Source: Trueperaceae bacterium (lineage in GTDB: Bacteria; Deinococcota; Deinococci; Deinococcales; Trueperaceae). From it: a stretch of 64,000 nucleotides of DNA. The translations under genes and the position numbers were made by a program. The notes under the pieces were generated by a model. The model saw only the letters and a program-made list of their open reading frames with translations. It was not told the origin of the DNA and ran no database searches. The DNA lies in contig OZ243913.1 of NCBI GenBank assembly GCA_965213705.1, forward strand, positions 2,432,001 through 2,496,000, written 5' to 3'. This document shows, piece after piece, positions 44,030 through 53,873 of this stretch (positions are counted from its first letter, which is position 1; each line of letters begins with the position of its first letter).

Positions 44030-44701
44030 TCAAACAGCAACGACGACTTGAAAAGAAGGGTCGTGCTCGAGGTCGGGCGTCCCAGACACGACGAAATTCG
44101 CCCGTTCCCACGGCCGCTGCTCGGCTAAAAAAGGCAATTCTGCGGCCATCCACTCGTCCCAGAACACAACGGCCCCCGCGTCACCACCATCGCGAGCAAT
44201 GCCTCTAATTCTGGCTTGCTCTAGGTCCGCCTGCACCCACACCACTGTATCAACTATGTGCATCAGTTCGTGGCGGGCCGCGCCGACGCCTTCTAAAACC
44301 AGCAGCGAACAGTTTGGGGGTACTTTAATCGCGCCTTTCCGGTCTCGCTCTAGCCACGCCGGAGGTCGGTACTGCACGGCCTGACCGCGGCGGGCGGGCT
44401 CGAGCACTTCCTCGAGCAGCAACTCCGTCCAGTCGAAAAAGGAGTGATGCCAGGCAACGTCGTCGGTGTGGACCACGGCAGAGCCGGGAACGGCGCGGTG
44501 AAGCGTTCTAGCAAGGGTCGTCTTCCCGCTCGCGCTGCGCCCGTCGACGGCGACGACTTGTGTTTTATCCGGCGCGTGGGGAAGCTCTCGAAGTGATTGA
44601 ACGAACGTTTCTAGGGGCTCGACTTTCCACGGCCCGAAGTAAGGCTCTTCAGGAGGGAGAGAAAAAGCTCTCGACTCTCCCCTACTCCCTCTCTCCCCCA
44701 C
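44030..44701 (-). CDS. P-loop kinase-like protein (uridine kinase-like); start uncertain
   Basis: VAVDGRSASGKTT, VHTDD and LEGVG motifs. Confidence 0.75.
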   Translation of the reverse strand: MGERGSRGESRAFSLPPEEPYFGPWKVEPLETFVQSLRELPHAPDKTQVVAVDGRSASGKTTLARTLHRAVPGSAVVHTDDVAWHHSFFDWTELLLEEVLEPARRGQAVQYRPPAWLERDRKGAIKVPPNCSLLVLEGVGAARHELMHIVDTVVWVQADLEQARIRGIARDGGDAGAVVFWDEWMAAELPFLAEQRPWERANFVVSGTPDLEHDPSFQVVVAV

Positions 44702-44715
44702 GCCCCTACTCTCCC
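44679..44715 (-). repeat. G-rich repeat copy overlapping the thrS stop codon
   Basis: - strand gggagagtaggggcgtgggggagagagggagtagggg. Confidence 0.65.
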
Positions 44716-46709
44716 GAATTTTCCACCGCCACAGGCTCGACTTTTAAACGGCGCTCTTTCGCGTTCATACGCAAGTGCTCGACGAACGCCTGGGCCGGCA
44801 CCCCGTTCTGGTTCGGCTCCTGGCGACTCCGGAACGAGACCGAGCCCGCCTCGGCTTCCTGGTCGCCGACGATGGCGGTGTAGGGGATTTTGTAAATCTC
44901 GGCGTCGCGGACTTTGGCGTTCATGCGCTCGCTGCGCGCGTCGACCGTGGCGCGTAGTCCGGCGTGCTCGAGGCTTTCTTTAAGGCTGTCCGCATAAGAA
45001 ACGTGCCGGTCGGCGATGGGTACGATGCGCACCTGCTCGGGCGCGAGCCACAGCGGAAAGTCCCCGGCGAAGTGCTCAATCATCACGCCCATAAAGCGCT
45101 CGGTCGAGCCGGTCACGGCGCGGTGAATCACCACCGGCGTGTGCCGCTCGCCGTCCTCGCCGACGTACTCGCAGCCCAAGCGCTCGGGTTGGATGAAGTC
45201 GACCTGGAGGGTCGAGAGTTGCCACTCGCGCCCGAGCACGTCCTGGGCCATAAAGTCGGCCTTGGGACCGTAAAAGGCGGCCTCGCCGTAGGCTTCGGTG
45301 TAGGGCACACCCTCGGCTTGAAGCGCGTCGCGCAGCGCTTGGGTGGCCTTGGTCCACTTCGCGTCGTCGTCGACGTACTTGCCCGCCTCGCCGCGCAAAC
45401 TGAGTTGGACCGAGTAGGCGTTGAAGGCGTAGGTATCGAGCACCTCGCGGATGAGTTTGAGGGCGAGGGCGAACTCCGCTTGAATTTGTTCTTCGGTGCA
45501 GAAGATGTGGCAGTCGTCCTGGGTGAGCGAGCGCACCCGCGTCAAGCCGTTCAACTCGCCCGACTTTTCGTAGCGGTAGAGCGTCGCGAATTCCGCGTAG
45601 CGCAGCGGCAACTCGCGGTACGAGTGGAGCCGGGTGTTGTAGAGCGTCATGTGACTGGGGCAGTTCATCGGTTTGAGGCGCAGCCGCACGCCGTCGTCAT
45701 CCATCGGGGGAAACATCGACTCGGCGTAGTTGTCCAGGTGGCCTGACTTTTCATACAAACTTTCTTTGACGAGGTGGCCGGTCCAGACGTGTTCGTAGCC
45801 GTAGCGGGTCTGCACCTCGCGGACGAAGCGTTCCATCTCAAAGCGGACGCGCTCGCCGCGCGGCAAAAACAGCGGGATGCCCGAGCCTACGTCGTCCGAA
45901 AAAGCGAACAGGTCGAGTTCGCGGCCGAGTTTGCGGTGGTCGCGTTTTTTGGCTTCCTCGAGCTGCCACAGGTAGTGCTCTAAGTCTTCCTTGCTGCGAA
46001 AAGCCACGCCGTAGATGCGTTGGAGCTGCGGCCGCGTCTCGTCGCCGCGCCAGTACGCGCCGGCCACGCTCATGAGTTTGAAGTGCGGCGGGATGTCACC
46101 GGTATTCGGCAGGTGCGGGCCGCGGCAGAGGTCGGTAAACCCCTCTCCCCCACCCTGTTCATAACCACCCTGTTCATAAAAGGTGATGGCCTCGCCTTCC
46201 GGCAAACCCTCGATGAGTTCGACCTTGTAGGGGTCGCCCTGTTTTTGGTAGCGCTCCAGGGCCTCAGCACGCGGTAACTCGAACTTGCGCAGCGGCAGCT
46301 TCGCCTTGAGGATGGCGCGCATCGTTTCTTCCAGGGCCGCCAGGTCCTCGGGCGTGAGGCTTTCGGGCAGGTCGAAGTCGTAGTAGAAGCCGTTTTCGAT
46401 GACCGGGCCGACGCCCATCTTCACGTCGCCGCGTTTGAAACCCTTGGCGACGAAGTGCTCCACGACCGCCTGGGCCATGACGTGGGCCAGGGTGTGCCGC
46501 GCGAGCTGCAGGCTCGCCTCGTCGCGCCCGGTGAGAATCGACACCTCCGCGCCCTCGGGCAGCTCGGTGAACAGGTCGGTGAGCCGGCCGTTCACCGTCG
46601 CGCCAAGGGCGGCCTTGGCAAGACCCGGTCCGACGGCGGCGGCCACGTCTTTGGGGGTAGCGGGTTCGTTCAGGGTCAGCTGTTTGCCGTCAGGAAGCGT
46701 GACGAGCAT
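44706..46709 (-). CDS. thrS: Threonine--tRNA ligase
   Basis: TGS domain; DLCRGPH, RDHRKLG, KPMNCP and AAFYGPK motifs. Confidence 0.97.
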   Translation of the reverse strand: MLVTLPDGKQLTLNEPATPKDVAAAVGPGLAKAALGATVNGRLTDLFTELPEGAEVSILTGRDEASLQLARHTLAHVMAQAVVEHFVAKGFKRGDVKMGVGPVIENGFYYDFDLPESLTPEDLAALEETMRAILKAKLPLRKFELPRAEALERYQKQGDPYKVELIEGLPEGEAITFYEQGGYEQGGGEGFTDLCRGPHLPNTGDIPPHFKLMSVAGAYWRGDETRPQLQRIYGVAFRSKEDLEHYLWQLEEAKKRDHRKLGRELDLFAFSDDVGSGIPLFLPRGERVRFEMERFVREVQTRYGYEHVWTGHLVKESLYEKSGHLDNYAESMFPPMDDDGVRLRLKPMNCPSHMTLYNTRLHSYRELPLRYAEFATLYRYEKSGELNGLTRVRSLTQDDCHIFCTEEQIQAEFALALKLIREVLDTYAFNAYSVQLSLRGEAGKYVDDDAKWTKATQALRDALQAEGVPYTEAYGEAAFYGPKADFMAQDVLGREWQLSTLQVDFIQPERLGCEYVGEDGERHTPVVIHRAVTGSTERFMGVMIEHFAGDFPLWLAPEQVRIVPIADRHVSYADSLKESLEHAGLRATVDARSERMNAKVRDAEIYKIPYTAIVGDQEAEAGSVSFRSRQEPNQNGVPAQAFVEHLRMNAKERRLKVEPVAVENSGE

Positions 46710-47078
46710 AGAAACACCTCGGTTCTTTGGTAAATACAGACTGTAAACACGAATTGTTGAGTGCGGATTGCTTGCAATTTTGGCGTTAAAACGCTTGTGT
46801 CGGTCGGCCTCGGCTCAGCACGTTCGCGTCGACCAAAGGTCCAGGTAAGCGTGTAGAGGCGCGCGGCCGTTTACAAGTAAGCCGTCCATAAGTAACCAAA
46901 GTGTAGCACGGGCGTCGGGGGCTGTATATCTCTCACACGGCTCACTGACCGGGTATCTCACAGTCCCTATCCACGCGCTCTGTTACGATTGGGCCATAAA
47001 CCGGTTCGGCCCGTAAAACGGTACAGCAACCTACCGGCTGCACACTCGCCGAAAAGCCGAGACCCGAAGGAGTACGAC

Positions 47079-47516
47079 GTGAGCGGGGGAAACATCTTGC
47101 TGGTAGAGGACAACCAAGACGACGTCGACCTGACCCTGCGCGCGCTCGCCAAGGCGGCCATCGACATCGACGTGGTGCGCGACGGCGGCGAGGCGCTGGA
47201 CTACCTGTTGCGCCGGGCGGCTTTTGAAGACGTCGACAAACCGCTGCCCAACCTCGTGCTGCTCGACATCAACTTGCCCAAGTTGAGCGGGCTGGAGGTG
47301 TTGAGAGAGTTGCGCCGCAACGAGCCGACGCGGCTTTTGCCGGTGGTGATGTTGACTACGTCCAAGCAAGAGCAAGACATCTTGGAGAGCTATGCGGGCG
47401 GGGCCAACAGCTACGTCCGCAAACCCGTGAGCTACCCGGAGTTCGTGGCGGCGGTCAACCAGCTCGGGGTTTACTGGTTGGGTTTGAACCAAGCACCGTG
47501 GAAGACCGCGTCGTAA
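47079..47516 (+). CDS. Single-domain response regulator (Rcp1-like)
   Basis: LLVED, LLDINLP, LTTS and GANSYVRKP motifs; AGGAG before GTG at 47079. Confidence 0.9.
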   Translation: MSGGNILLVEDNQDDVDLTLRALAKAAIDIDVVRDGGEALDYLLRRAAFEDVDKPLPNLVLLDINLPKLSGLEVLRELRRNEPTRLLPVVMLTTSKQEQDILESYAGGANSYVRKPVSYPEFVAAVNQLGVYWLGLNQAPWKTAS

Positions 47517-48688
47517 ACCGAACCTTAAAACTCTTGTTGGTGGAGGACTCCGCCGACGACGCCGAACTCGTCCAGTTGGCGCTGGTTCGCAGCGGCTACC
47601 GGCTCGAGACCTGTCAATTCAGCGATTTGGGCGCTGTGAGGAGGGCTTTGCGCGACCAGGTCTGGGACGTCGTCGTGACCGACCACGCCATGCCGGGCCT
47701 GAGTTCCGGCGACGTTATCGACCTTGTGCCCGCCGGCACGCCTTGTATCGTCGTATCGGGAGCCGTCGGCGAGGAGACGGCGGTGAGCTTGCTCCAGCGC
47801 GGGGCGGTCGACTACGTCAACAAAAACAACCTGCGCAGGCTTGGCGGCGCGGTCAGCCGGGCGCTGAGCGAAACCCAAAACTTGCAAGCCCGCCGCCGCG
47901 CCGAGGCCGAACTGCGCACCGCGCACGCGGACTTAGAAAAGCGTGTGCAGTTGCGCACGGCCGAGTTGCAGCTCGCCAACGCCCGGTTGCGCGAAGAGAT
48001 GGACGAGCGGCGCAAGGCCGAAACAGAACTCAGCAACGCGCGCCTTTTTTTGGTGCGGCTACGCGAACAAGAACGCTTAAACTTGTCCAGAGAAATACAC
48101 GACGGCGTCGTCCAGGACTTGATAGGTGTCGGCTACGCGGTGGCCGACACCGAGCGCAAAGTCGTCGCGGGCCAAACCCTGAGCGACACCGTCACCCTTT
48201 TGCGGCGGCACCGCGCCGACATTTTAGCGTCGGTCCGCCGCTTGCGCACCCTCGTCAAAGGTTTGCGCCCACCCGGCCTACACGAGTTCGGTTTGGAACA
48301 CGCCTTGCAGGTGTTTGTGGGTTCCCTGGACACGTCCGGACGACCCGCTTGTCACCTCACCGTGACCGAAGACGCGGTCGACTTGTCCGAAGCGGTGAGT
48401 CAAGCGTTTTTTCGAGTAGCCCAAGAAGCGGTTCGAAACGCCTTGCGCCACGCCCGAGCGACCACCGTCGACATCGCAGTGTCGGTTCGCGACGACGGGG
48501 CGTACCTGGTAGTCAGCGACGACGGCTCAGGTTTCAGGGTGCCGGAACGGCTCGGTAGCCTGGCTGCGGACGAACATTTCGGTTTGGTCGGCATGGACGA
48601 ACACGCTCAACTCGTCGGCGGGCAACTGTACCTGGAGTCCGCGCCCGGCCACGGCACGCGCGTGACGGTGGTCGTCCCGCTGGACTGA
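47498..48688 (+). CDS. Hybrid REC plus HisKA_3 (NarX/UhpB-type) histidine kinase
   Basis: N-terminal receiver domain; REIHDGVVQ, QEAVRNALRHA and DDGSGF motifs. Confidence 0.88.
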   Translation: MEDRVVNRTLKLLLVEDSADDAELVQLALVRSGYRLETCQFSDLGAVRRALRDQVWDVVVTDHAMPGLSSGDVIDLVPAGTPCIVVSGAVGEETAVSLLQRGAVDYVNKNNLRRLGGAVSRALSETQNLQARRRAEAELRTAHADLEKRVQLRTAELQLANARLREEMDERRKAETELSNARLFLVRLREQERLNLSREIHDGVVQDLIGVGYAVADTERKVVAGQTLSDTVTLLRRHRADILASVRRLRTLVKGLRPPGLHEFGLEHALQVFVGSLDTSGRPACHLTVTEDAVDLSEAVSQAFFRVAQEAVRNALRHARATTVDIAVSVRDDGAYLVVSDDGSGFRVPERLGSLAADEHFGLVGMDEHAQLVGGQLYLESAPGHGTRVTVVVPLD

Positions 48689-48986
48689 CGCGCCCGAGCA
48701 CTTGACGCCGGCAAAAGAGTTTGCGCGTCCCCAACATTCCTGCAGATGCGGCCGAAACTGGCAAGGTTTACACAAGACGCTAAACCTCGTCACGAGTTTT
48801 CGGTCTTTTTCGCTCGAGCTGTAAGGGTTACAGGGTGCTGCTTGAGCCGGGGACGTACCGGCTCGTTGCACACCTCGACCGTGGTTTAAGCCTGACACGA
48901 GTGGGGCAAAGAACAGGCGACCGGGTCAAGATTACGCGGCCGCCGCCGTTGGTCTCTCCTCGTTGGCAGTCAAATTGATAGATTTC

Positions 48987-49033
48987 TCAAGTGAGTGTTT
49001 TCACAATAACTATGCGCGTGAAATGTTTGTTCC
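48987..49033 (+). repeat. Dispersed polar 47-bp site, copy 7
   Basis: TCAAGTG-agtgt-TTTCAC-aataactatgcgc-GTGAAA-tgtttgttcc. Confidence 0.8.
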
Positions 49034-49073
49034 GTTTGTAGCTCTTCGGCCGGTTGCAGGGTTAGGATAAAGC

Positions 49074-49877
49074 ATGTCTCTCGTCGCGCTGCTTTGTCAC
49101 GACTTGCAAGGGGTAACCGCGTTGACCCAGGTCAAGCACCCGTCTTTTGTTTTTCAGCCCCTGAGCGCTCGTTACCCGGTTGCCACTGTGCTGGACGCCT
49201 TGAGCGTTTTGGAGTTTGCGGGCGCTTTTGTCCTGGACGAGCCCCTGCAACGGCAAGTCGCGGCGGCGGTGCACCGCTCGAGCTTGGCTGCTCGCACCTT
49301 CGGCGTCGCCGACACGGTGACGGTCACGTCTGCCGGTTTGGTCGGCGATTACAACCTGGGCCGCGCCCTGGTCGCCGCGGTGCAAGCCGAGCGGTGGGAC
49401 GTCGGGGGTGCGCGGGTGGTGGTGCTGGGCGCGGGACCGGCGGCCTCGGTCAGCGCGCGCGAACTCGCCGGTCTGGGTGCCGGCAGGGTCACGCTTTTTG
49501 CGGCCGACCGGCCCAGCGCCGAACGCGCGCTCGGCTCGCTGGCCGTCACGGCGACAGCCGAGGCGCTCGCCTTGGGCGGCCCCCTGGCTAGAGCCTACTT
49601 TGAAAGGGCGGATATTTTGGTGCGCACCGACGACCGCTTGAAGCTGGACGAACGCTTGCTCGGCCCCCACCTCAACGTGGTTGACTTGGCCCCGGAACCG
49701 CTGAGCGCGCTGCGGCGCAACGCCTTGCAGCGCGGCGCGAAATCGCTCGGTCTGCGCGACGTTCAGGCGTACCAAACGGCGCTCGCCTTGGGAACTGTTT
49801 TGGGCGGGACGGTAGAGGCGGCACCCTTTTTGGAGGCCCTGCACAACTCGCCGACAAACAACGTGCGGAGCAGTTGA
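49074..49877 (+). CDS. Divergent shikimate dehydrogenase-like protein
   Basis: VVVLGAGPAA Rossmann motif and AroE-like layout; catalytic motifs eroded. Confidence 0.6.
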   Translation: MSLVALLCHDLQGVTALTQVKHPSFVFQPLSARYPVATVLDALSVLEFAGAFVLDEPLQRQVAAAVHRSSLAARTFGVADTVTVTSAGLVGDYNLGRALVAAVQAERWDVGGARVVVLGAGPAASVSARELAGLGAGRVTLFAADRPSAERALGSLAVTATAEALALGGPLARAYFERADILVRTDDRLKLDERLLGPHLNVVDLAPEPLSALRRNALQRGAKSLGLRDVQAYQTALALGTVLGGTVEAAPFLEALHNSPTNNVRSS

Positions 49878-50199
49878 CGAAGCCGCAGCCCGCTCGAGCC
49901 CAACCCGGCGCATCCTGCCGGACGTGCTACACGCATCGCCCCGGAGGCGGCAACGGCTGGGGCGACGCACTTTCACCCTCCACCCTGTCAGCAAGGACGG
50001 TTCGACGAAGAACGGGACCCGCTACGGCAAGTGGCGTTGCCGTGAAGTGTTGAAGCCTCGGTATCTTAGAAAAACGGACGCGGGAAACGGACGCGGCAAG
50101 AGGTCACCCCGCTCGGTCGTCTCGACACCGGGTGGAAACACCGAAGGTAAGGTTTGTCTCATGTGGAACCCGGCACGGCCTTTTAGACTGATGGTATCT

Positions 50200-51768
50200 A
50201 TGACGTCAACTATGACCGGGACCTGTGTAAGTAGTACGAAAAAAAGGGCGCGAATCGCTGTGCGCGTGTGGTTGGTGTTGATAAGCCTGTGGGCCACCGG
50301 TTTCGCGCAAGAAGCGCTCTACAAACTGCCTGACGGGTTGGTCAGCCGCAGCGGGGGCGCCGTCACCGTGCGGGGTCCGACCGGCGACCTGAGTTACGTC
50401 GAGGGCTTGGGTTGGAGTTCAGGGCTGACGCTCGACCCGCTCGTCGTCGTTGGTGACGAAGTGTACGGCAGCGACGCGCTTTTGCAGTTTTTAGGTATAG
50501 CGTCGCCGCGCTTGGCCGGGGTGCGTTTCGGCGGCAGCGGCACGGTGCGCGTGGTGTTCGACCTGCAAGGGTTGAGCGCCCCGCTCGAGCTTGTCGGTCA
50601 AGGGCGGTTGCAGGCGGGCGCGACCCTTCGCCTCACCCTACCCGAATTGCTGCTTCCTTTGGAGCTACCCGACCCGTACCGGGGCGTCGCGGTCGAGGTC
50701 ACAGGCGGCCCGACCACGACGGTCGAGGTCACGGGTCCCGAGGCGTTTTACAGCGTGTTCAGCCTGGAAACCCCTAGTCGGCTCGTCTTAGACATCACGC
50801 CGGTCGCGCAGAGCGATGTGCGGGACGAAACGAGGGTGTTGCGGCCCGGCGTGACCTGGCGCACTTTCAGCGCGCCGACGGCCGTGGGCTCGAGCGCGGT
50901 CCAGCTGCTGGAAATAGCGCCGACGGCGGGCGAATTCCGCGTGGTCGGCAGCGCCGAGACGCCCAGCACCGTGTCAAACCTCGCGGACGGCGCCTTCGCC
51001 GCCATCAACGCGGGCTACTTCGACACCCGCACCTTCGATGCGATAGGTCTGCTCAAGGTGGACTACGGCTTGTTGTCGCTGCCGTCGCGCAGCCGCGCCA
51101 GCGTCGGGTTTGGACTCGGCGGCACGGTCATCGACCGGGTAGATGCAAAAGTCAACGTGAGACTCAACGGTCGCCGCGTCGTCGGGGTGTCGTCCGCCGC
51201 GTCGGAAGTGTCGGTCCATACCGCTGCAGGTACTCACGTGGGATTGCCGACCGACGGCGTCGTGACGGTTTCCGGCGGGCGCGTCGTCGCCAACCGGACG
51301 GGTCCGCAGACCGTGCCGCCTCAAGGCTTCGCCCTCGTCTACGAGCCGGGTCTGCGCGAACTCGCGCTCGCCGACGCAGGCGACACGGCGAGCTACGAAA
51401 TCGACTTTTCACCGCAGAGTTTTGGCGCGGTCAGGTACGCGGTCGAGGCGGGACCGCTTCTGGTGGCGGCGGGCCGCCCCGCCTTCGACCCTGAAGCCGA
51501 GGCTTTCGAGCGCGGCGAGCGAATTTTGGACGTTTACACGCAGCAAGCCGCCATCGGCGTGCGCGCCGACGGCACGGTTCTTTTGGTCGCAGCCGACAAC
51601 ATGGTTGCCGAGGAACTGGTGCCCTTGTTTTTGGCGCTCGGCGCCACCGCCGCGATGCGCTTAGACAGCGGCAGTTCGACCACGCTCGTGGTCGAGGGCC
51701 GCGTGCTCAACCGCGCCTCGGAGCGCAAGGTGGTGAGCGCTATCGTGTTCGTGCCCTACGCGAACTGA
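50200..51768 (+). CDS. Phosphodiester glycosidase (NAGPA/DUF2233-like) exported protein; start uncertain
   Basis: AINAGYF, AGPLLV and AMRLDSGSST motifs; signal peptide. Confidence 0.78.
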   Translation: MTSTMTGTCVSSTKKRARIAVRVWLVLISLWATGFAQEALYKLPDGLVSRSGGAVTVRGPTGDLSYVEGLGWSSGLTLDPLVVVGDEVYGSDALLQFLGIASPRLAGVRFGGSGTVRVVFDLQGLSAPLELVGQGRLQAGATLRLTLPELLLPLELPDPYRGVAVEVTGGPTTTVEVTGPEAFYSVFSLETPSRLVLDITPVAQSDVRDETRVLRPGVTWRTFSAPTAVGSSAVQLLEIAPTAGEFRVVGSAETPSTVSNLADGAFAAINAGYFDTRTFDAIGLLKVDYGLLSLPSRSRASVGFGLGGTVIDRVDAKVNVRLNGRRVVGVSSAASEVSVHTAAGTHVGLPTDGVVTVSGGRVVANRTGPQTVPPQGFALVYEPGLRELALADAGDTASYEIDFSPQSFGAVRYAVEAGPLLVAAGRPAFDPEAEAFERGERILDVYTQQAAIGVRADGTVLLVAADNMVAEELVPLFLALGATAAMRLDSGSSTTLVVEGRVLNRASERKVVSAIVFVPYAN

Positions 51769-51793
51769 CGCCGACCGGCGGTATACTCGGGAC

Positions 51794-53284
51794 ATGAAAA
51801 GTTTGTGGAGGGTCGGGCGGCGGCTGTTGGGTCTCGGCCTGGTGACGAGTCTGCTGGGCGCAGCGCTGGGCGCACAGGGGGTTCCGGCCGGTCGGGCTGC
51901 TCAAGTCACGCTCGAGCTGGGTTTCGGCGGCGAAATCGTGGCGGGACGCTGGAACCCGCTCCGGTTAACGGTCCGTGACACGCCCCCCGCCGAACTCGTC
52001 GTCAGCTTCGACCAAAGCAGCTTTACCGAGCCCGAAACCCTGGGGCTTTACCGGCTGCAGATACCTGGCAGCGGTGGCGTCGCCGTTTTTGAAGATGACG
52101 TGTTCGTGCCCGAGTGGCGCCAGCTCGTGTGGCGGCTTGTGAGCGACGACACCGTGTTGGCGAGCGGCAGCTTGGGGAGGGCGTTGCGGGACGCCCGGCC
52201 GCTCACGCTGCTGCTCTCGGCTCGCCCGGCTCGGTGGCAAAACGTTCTTGACGACGCGCGCGTCGTGGTTCTACCCGCCGGCTTGTTACCCGAACGCCTG
52301 GCCGCCTTCGACGGCGTGAGCACCCTGCTTATAGACGGCAGCGCACCCGCGCCGCACTTAGCGGCTGTTGCCGCAGCCACGAGCGCGGGCGTACAGACCC
52401 TGCTCGTCGAGGCGTTGCCGCGCAGCCACGAGGAGTTGCGCGCCCTCAGCGCCGAACAGCCCCTACGCCTCGGCGCGGGTTGGCTGGCGCGTTTGAGCGA
52501 CCCGGAGGCAAGCCTGCCGACCCTGGACCGGGTCGACTTTAGCAGCGTAACCACCGCCTTGCTGAACAGCGACATGCACCCGCCACCGCCGGCGCCGGCG
52601 CAGCTGCCCCTTGCCCTGGTAGCGGGTGGCTACGCGGTGCTGGTACTGCTGCTACTGCGCTTTGCCGGTACGCCGGGGCTGGTGACGGGCTTGGCGGTGG
52701 CCGCCCTGAGCGGTGTCAGCGCGTGGCTTTACTTGCGGCCGGCGACAGAGCAGACGGTGTTGAGCCGCAGCGTCGTCACGAGTGGGGGCGCGCTGGCCCG
52801 CCGCGACGAGGTGCGCAGCGTGTTTTCGCTGCCCCGCACCACAGCGCAGGTAGCGGGCGCGGCGCGTCCCACGGGTGCGCTGCCCTACACGCAGACCCGC
52901 AGCGCGAGAGCCGAGTTTCGCCCCAGCGCTCCGGGCGAACAGTTCGAGGTCGCCTTGGCGCGCTGGGGCGCGGCCGACCTCGCCTTGCGGCCGCAACTGG
53001 TAGAAGCCGCGCTGCGCTGGCAAGAGGGGACGTTGCACAACTCGAGCGGCGTTTTGTTGGGCGACTTGTTCGTCGTGGGTCTGGGAGCGCAGCCGGACTT
53101 GGCTGCGGGCGCGAGTTGGACGCCGCGAGCGGCCGAAGAGCGCAGCTTGCCGAGCGTTTACCATGCCCTCGCGGACGCGCTGCCCACGGGCACGGCGCTG
53201 GCCCGCTCCGGGGGTACTTTGTACCTCGCGCCGCCCCCTTACGCGCACCTTGCCGGAGGTTCCGATGCTCGAGCCGGTCGCTGA
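51794..53284 (+). CDS. Hypothetical exported/membrane protein
   Basis: TATACT before ATG; signal peptide; 'GFGG....GRWNPL' pattern; two internal TM segments. Confidence 0.65.
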   Translation: MKSLWRVGRRLLGLGLVTSLLGAALGAQGVPAGRAAQVTLELGFGGEIVAGRWNPLRLTVRDTPPAELVVSFDQSSFTEPETLGLYRLQIPGSGGVAVFEDDVFVPEWRQLVWRLVSDDTVLASGSLGRALRDARPLTLLLSARPARWQNVLDDARVVVLPAGLLPERLAAFDGVSTLLIDGSAPAPHLAAVAAATSAGVQTLLVEALPRSHEELRALSAEQPLRLGAGWLARLSDPEASLPTLDRVDFSSVTTALLNSDMHPPPPAPAQLPLALVAGGYAVLVLLLLRFAGTPGLVTGLAVAALSGVSAWLYLRPATEQTVLSRSVVTSGGALARRDEVRSVFSLPRTTAQVAGAARPTGALPYTQTRSARAEFRPSAPGEQFEVALARWGAADLALRPQLVEAALRWQEGTLHNSSGVLLGDLFVVGLGAQPDLAAGASWTPRAAEERSLPSVYHALADALPTGTALARSGGTLYLAPPPYAHLAGGSDARAGR

Positions 53285-53873
53285 GCGTTTTCGGGACGCC
53301 GACCTGTCGCAACTCGGCACCTTGTTTTTTACAGCGGTGCTGTTCAGTTTTTTTGTGGCTTGGCCCACGCGCCAGGAGGCAAACAACAGCTACTTCGCCG
53401 TGAGCCAGGTGCGCGTGGTGGGTTTAGCGCTGCTGGCGCTCGGCTACGGAGCGCACAGCGTAAAGCGTGAGCGCACTTGGCAGCGCGGCACGCTGGGCGC
53501 GCTCGTCAGTTTAGCGCTACTATCGAGTCCGCTGGAAATCGCCAGCTACGCGCTGAGCTTTCCGGGCGTACCGCTCACTTACAGCCTGAGCCTCGCCCTT
53601 ATCGACACGGTCGCCCTCTTTGGGTTGGGGCTTAGCCTCGCCGCCGCCCTACATTTTTTGCGGCTCAACGCGCTGCTACCGCTCGCCGTGCCCGCGCTGT
53701 TGGTCGGTTTTGTGTTTGTCGACATCACTTTGGGTTTCAGCGTCGCCAGCCCGCTCGGAGCTTTGAGCAGCGTCGCGCCCTGGCACTTGGGTTTGATGAG
53801 CGCTCTGGCGCTGGCGACGGCGGCTTGGCTCAGTCGCCCCGGACGGACTGAGACGAAAGTGGAGGCATCATGA
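53265..53873 (+). CDS. Hypothetical multi-pass membrane protein
   Basis: GGAGG then ATG at 53265; about six TM segments; overlaps both neighbours. Confidence 0.65.
   Translation: MLEPVAERFRDADLSQLGTLFFTAVLFSFFVAWPTRQEANNSYFAVSQVRVVGLALLALGYGAHSVKRERTWQRGTLGALVSLALLSSPLEIASYALSFPGVPLTYSLSLALIDTVALFGLGLSLAAALHFLRLNALLPLAVPALLVGFVFVDITLGFSVASPLGALSSVAPWHLGLMSALALATAAWLSRPGRTETKVEAS

Noticed and set aside
49970..50060. SKDGSTKNGTRYGKWRC as an IS1 InsA-like remnant
   Set aside because: Too short, lacks the full cysteine set and inverted repeats; may be chance
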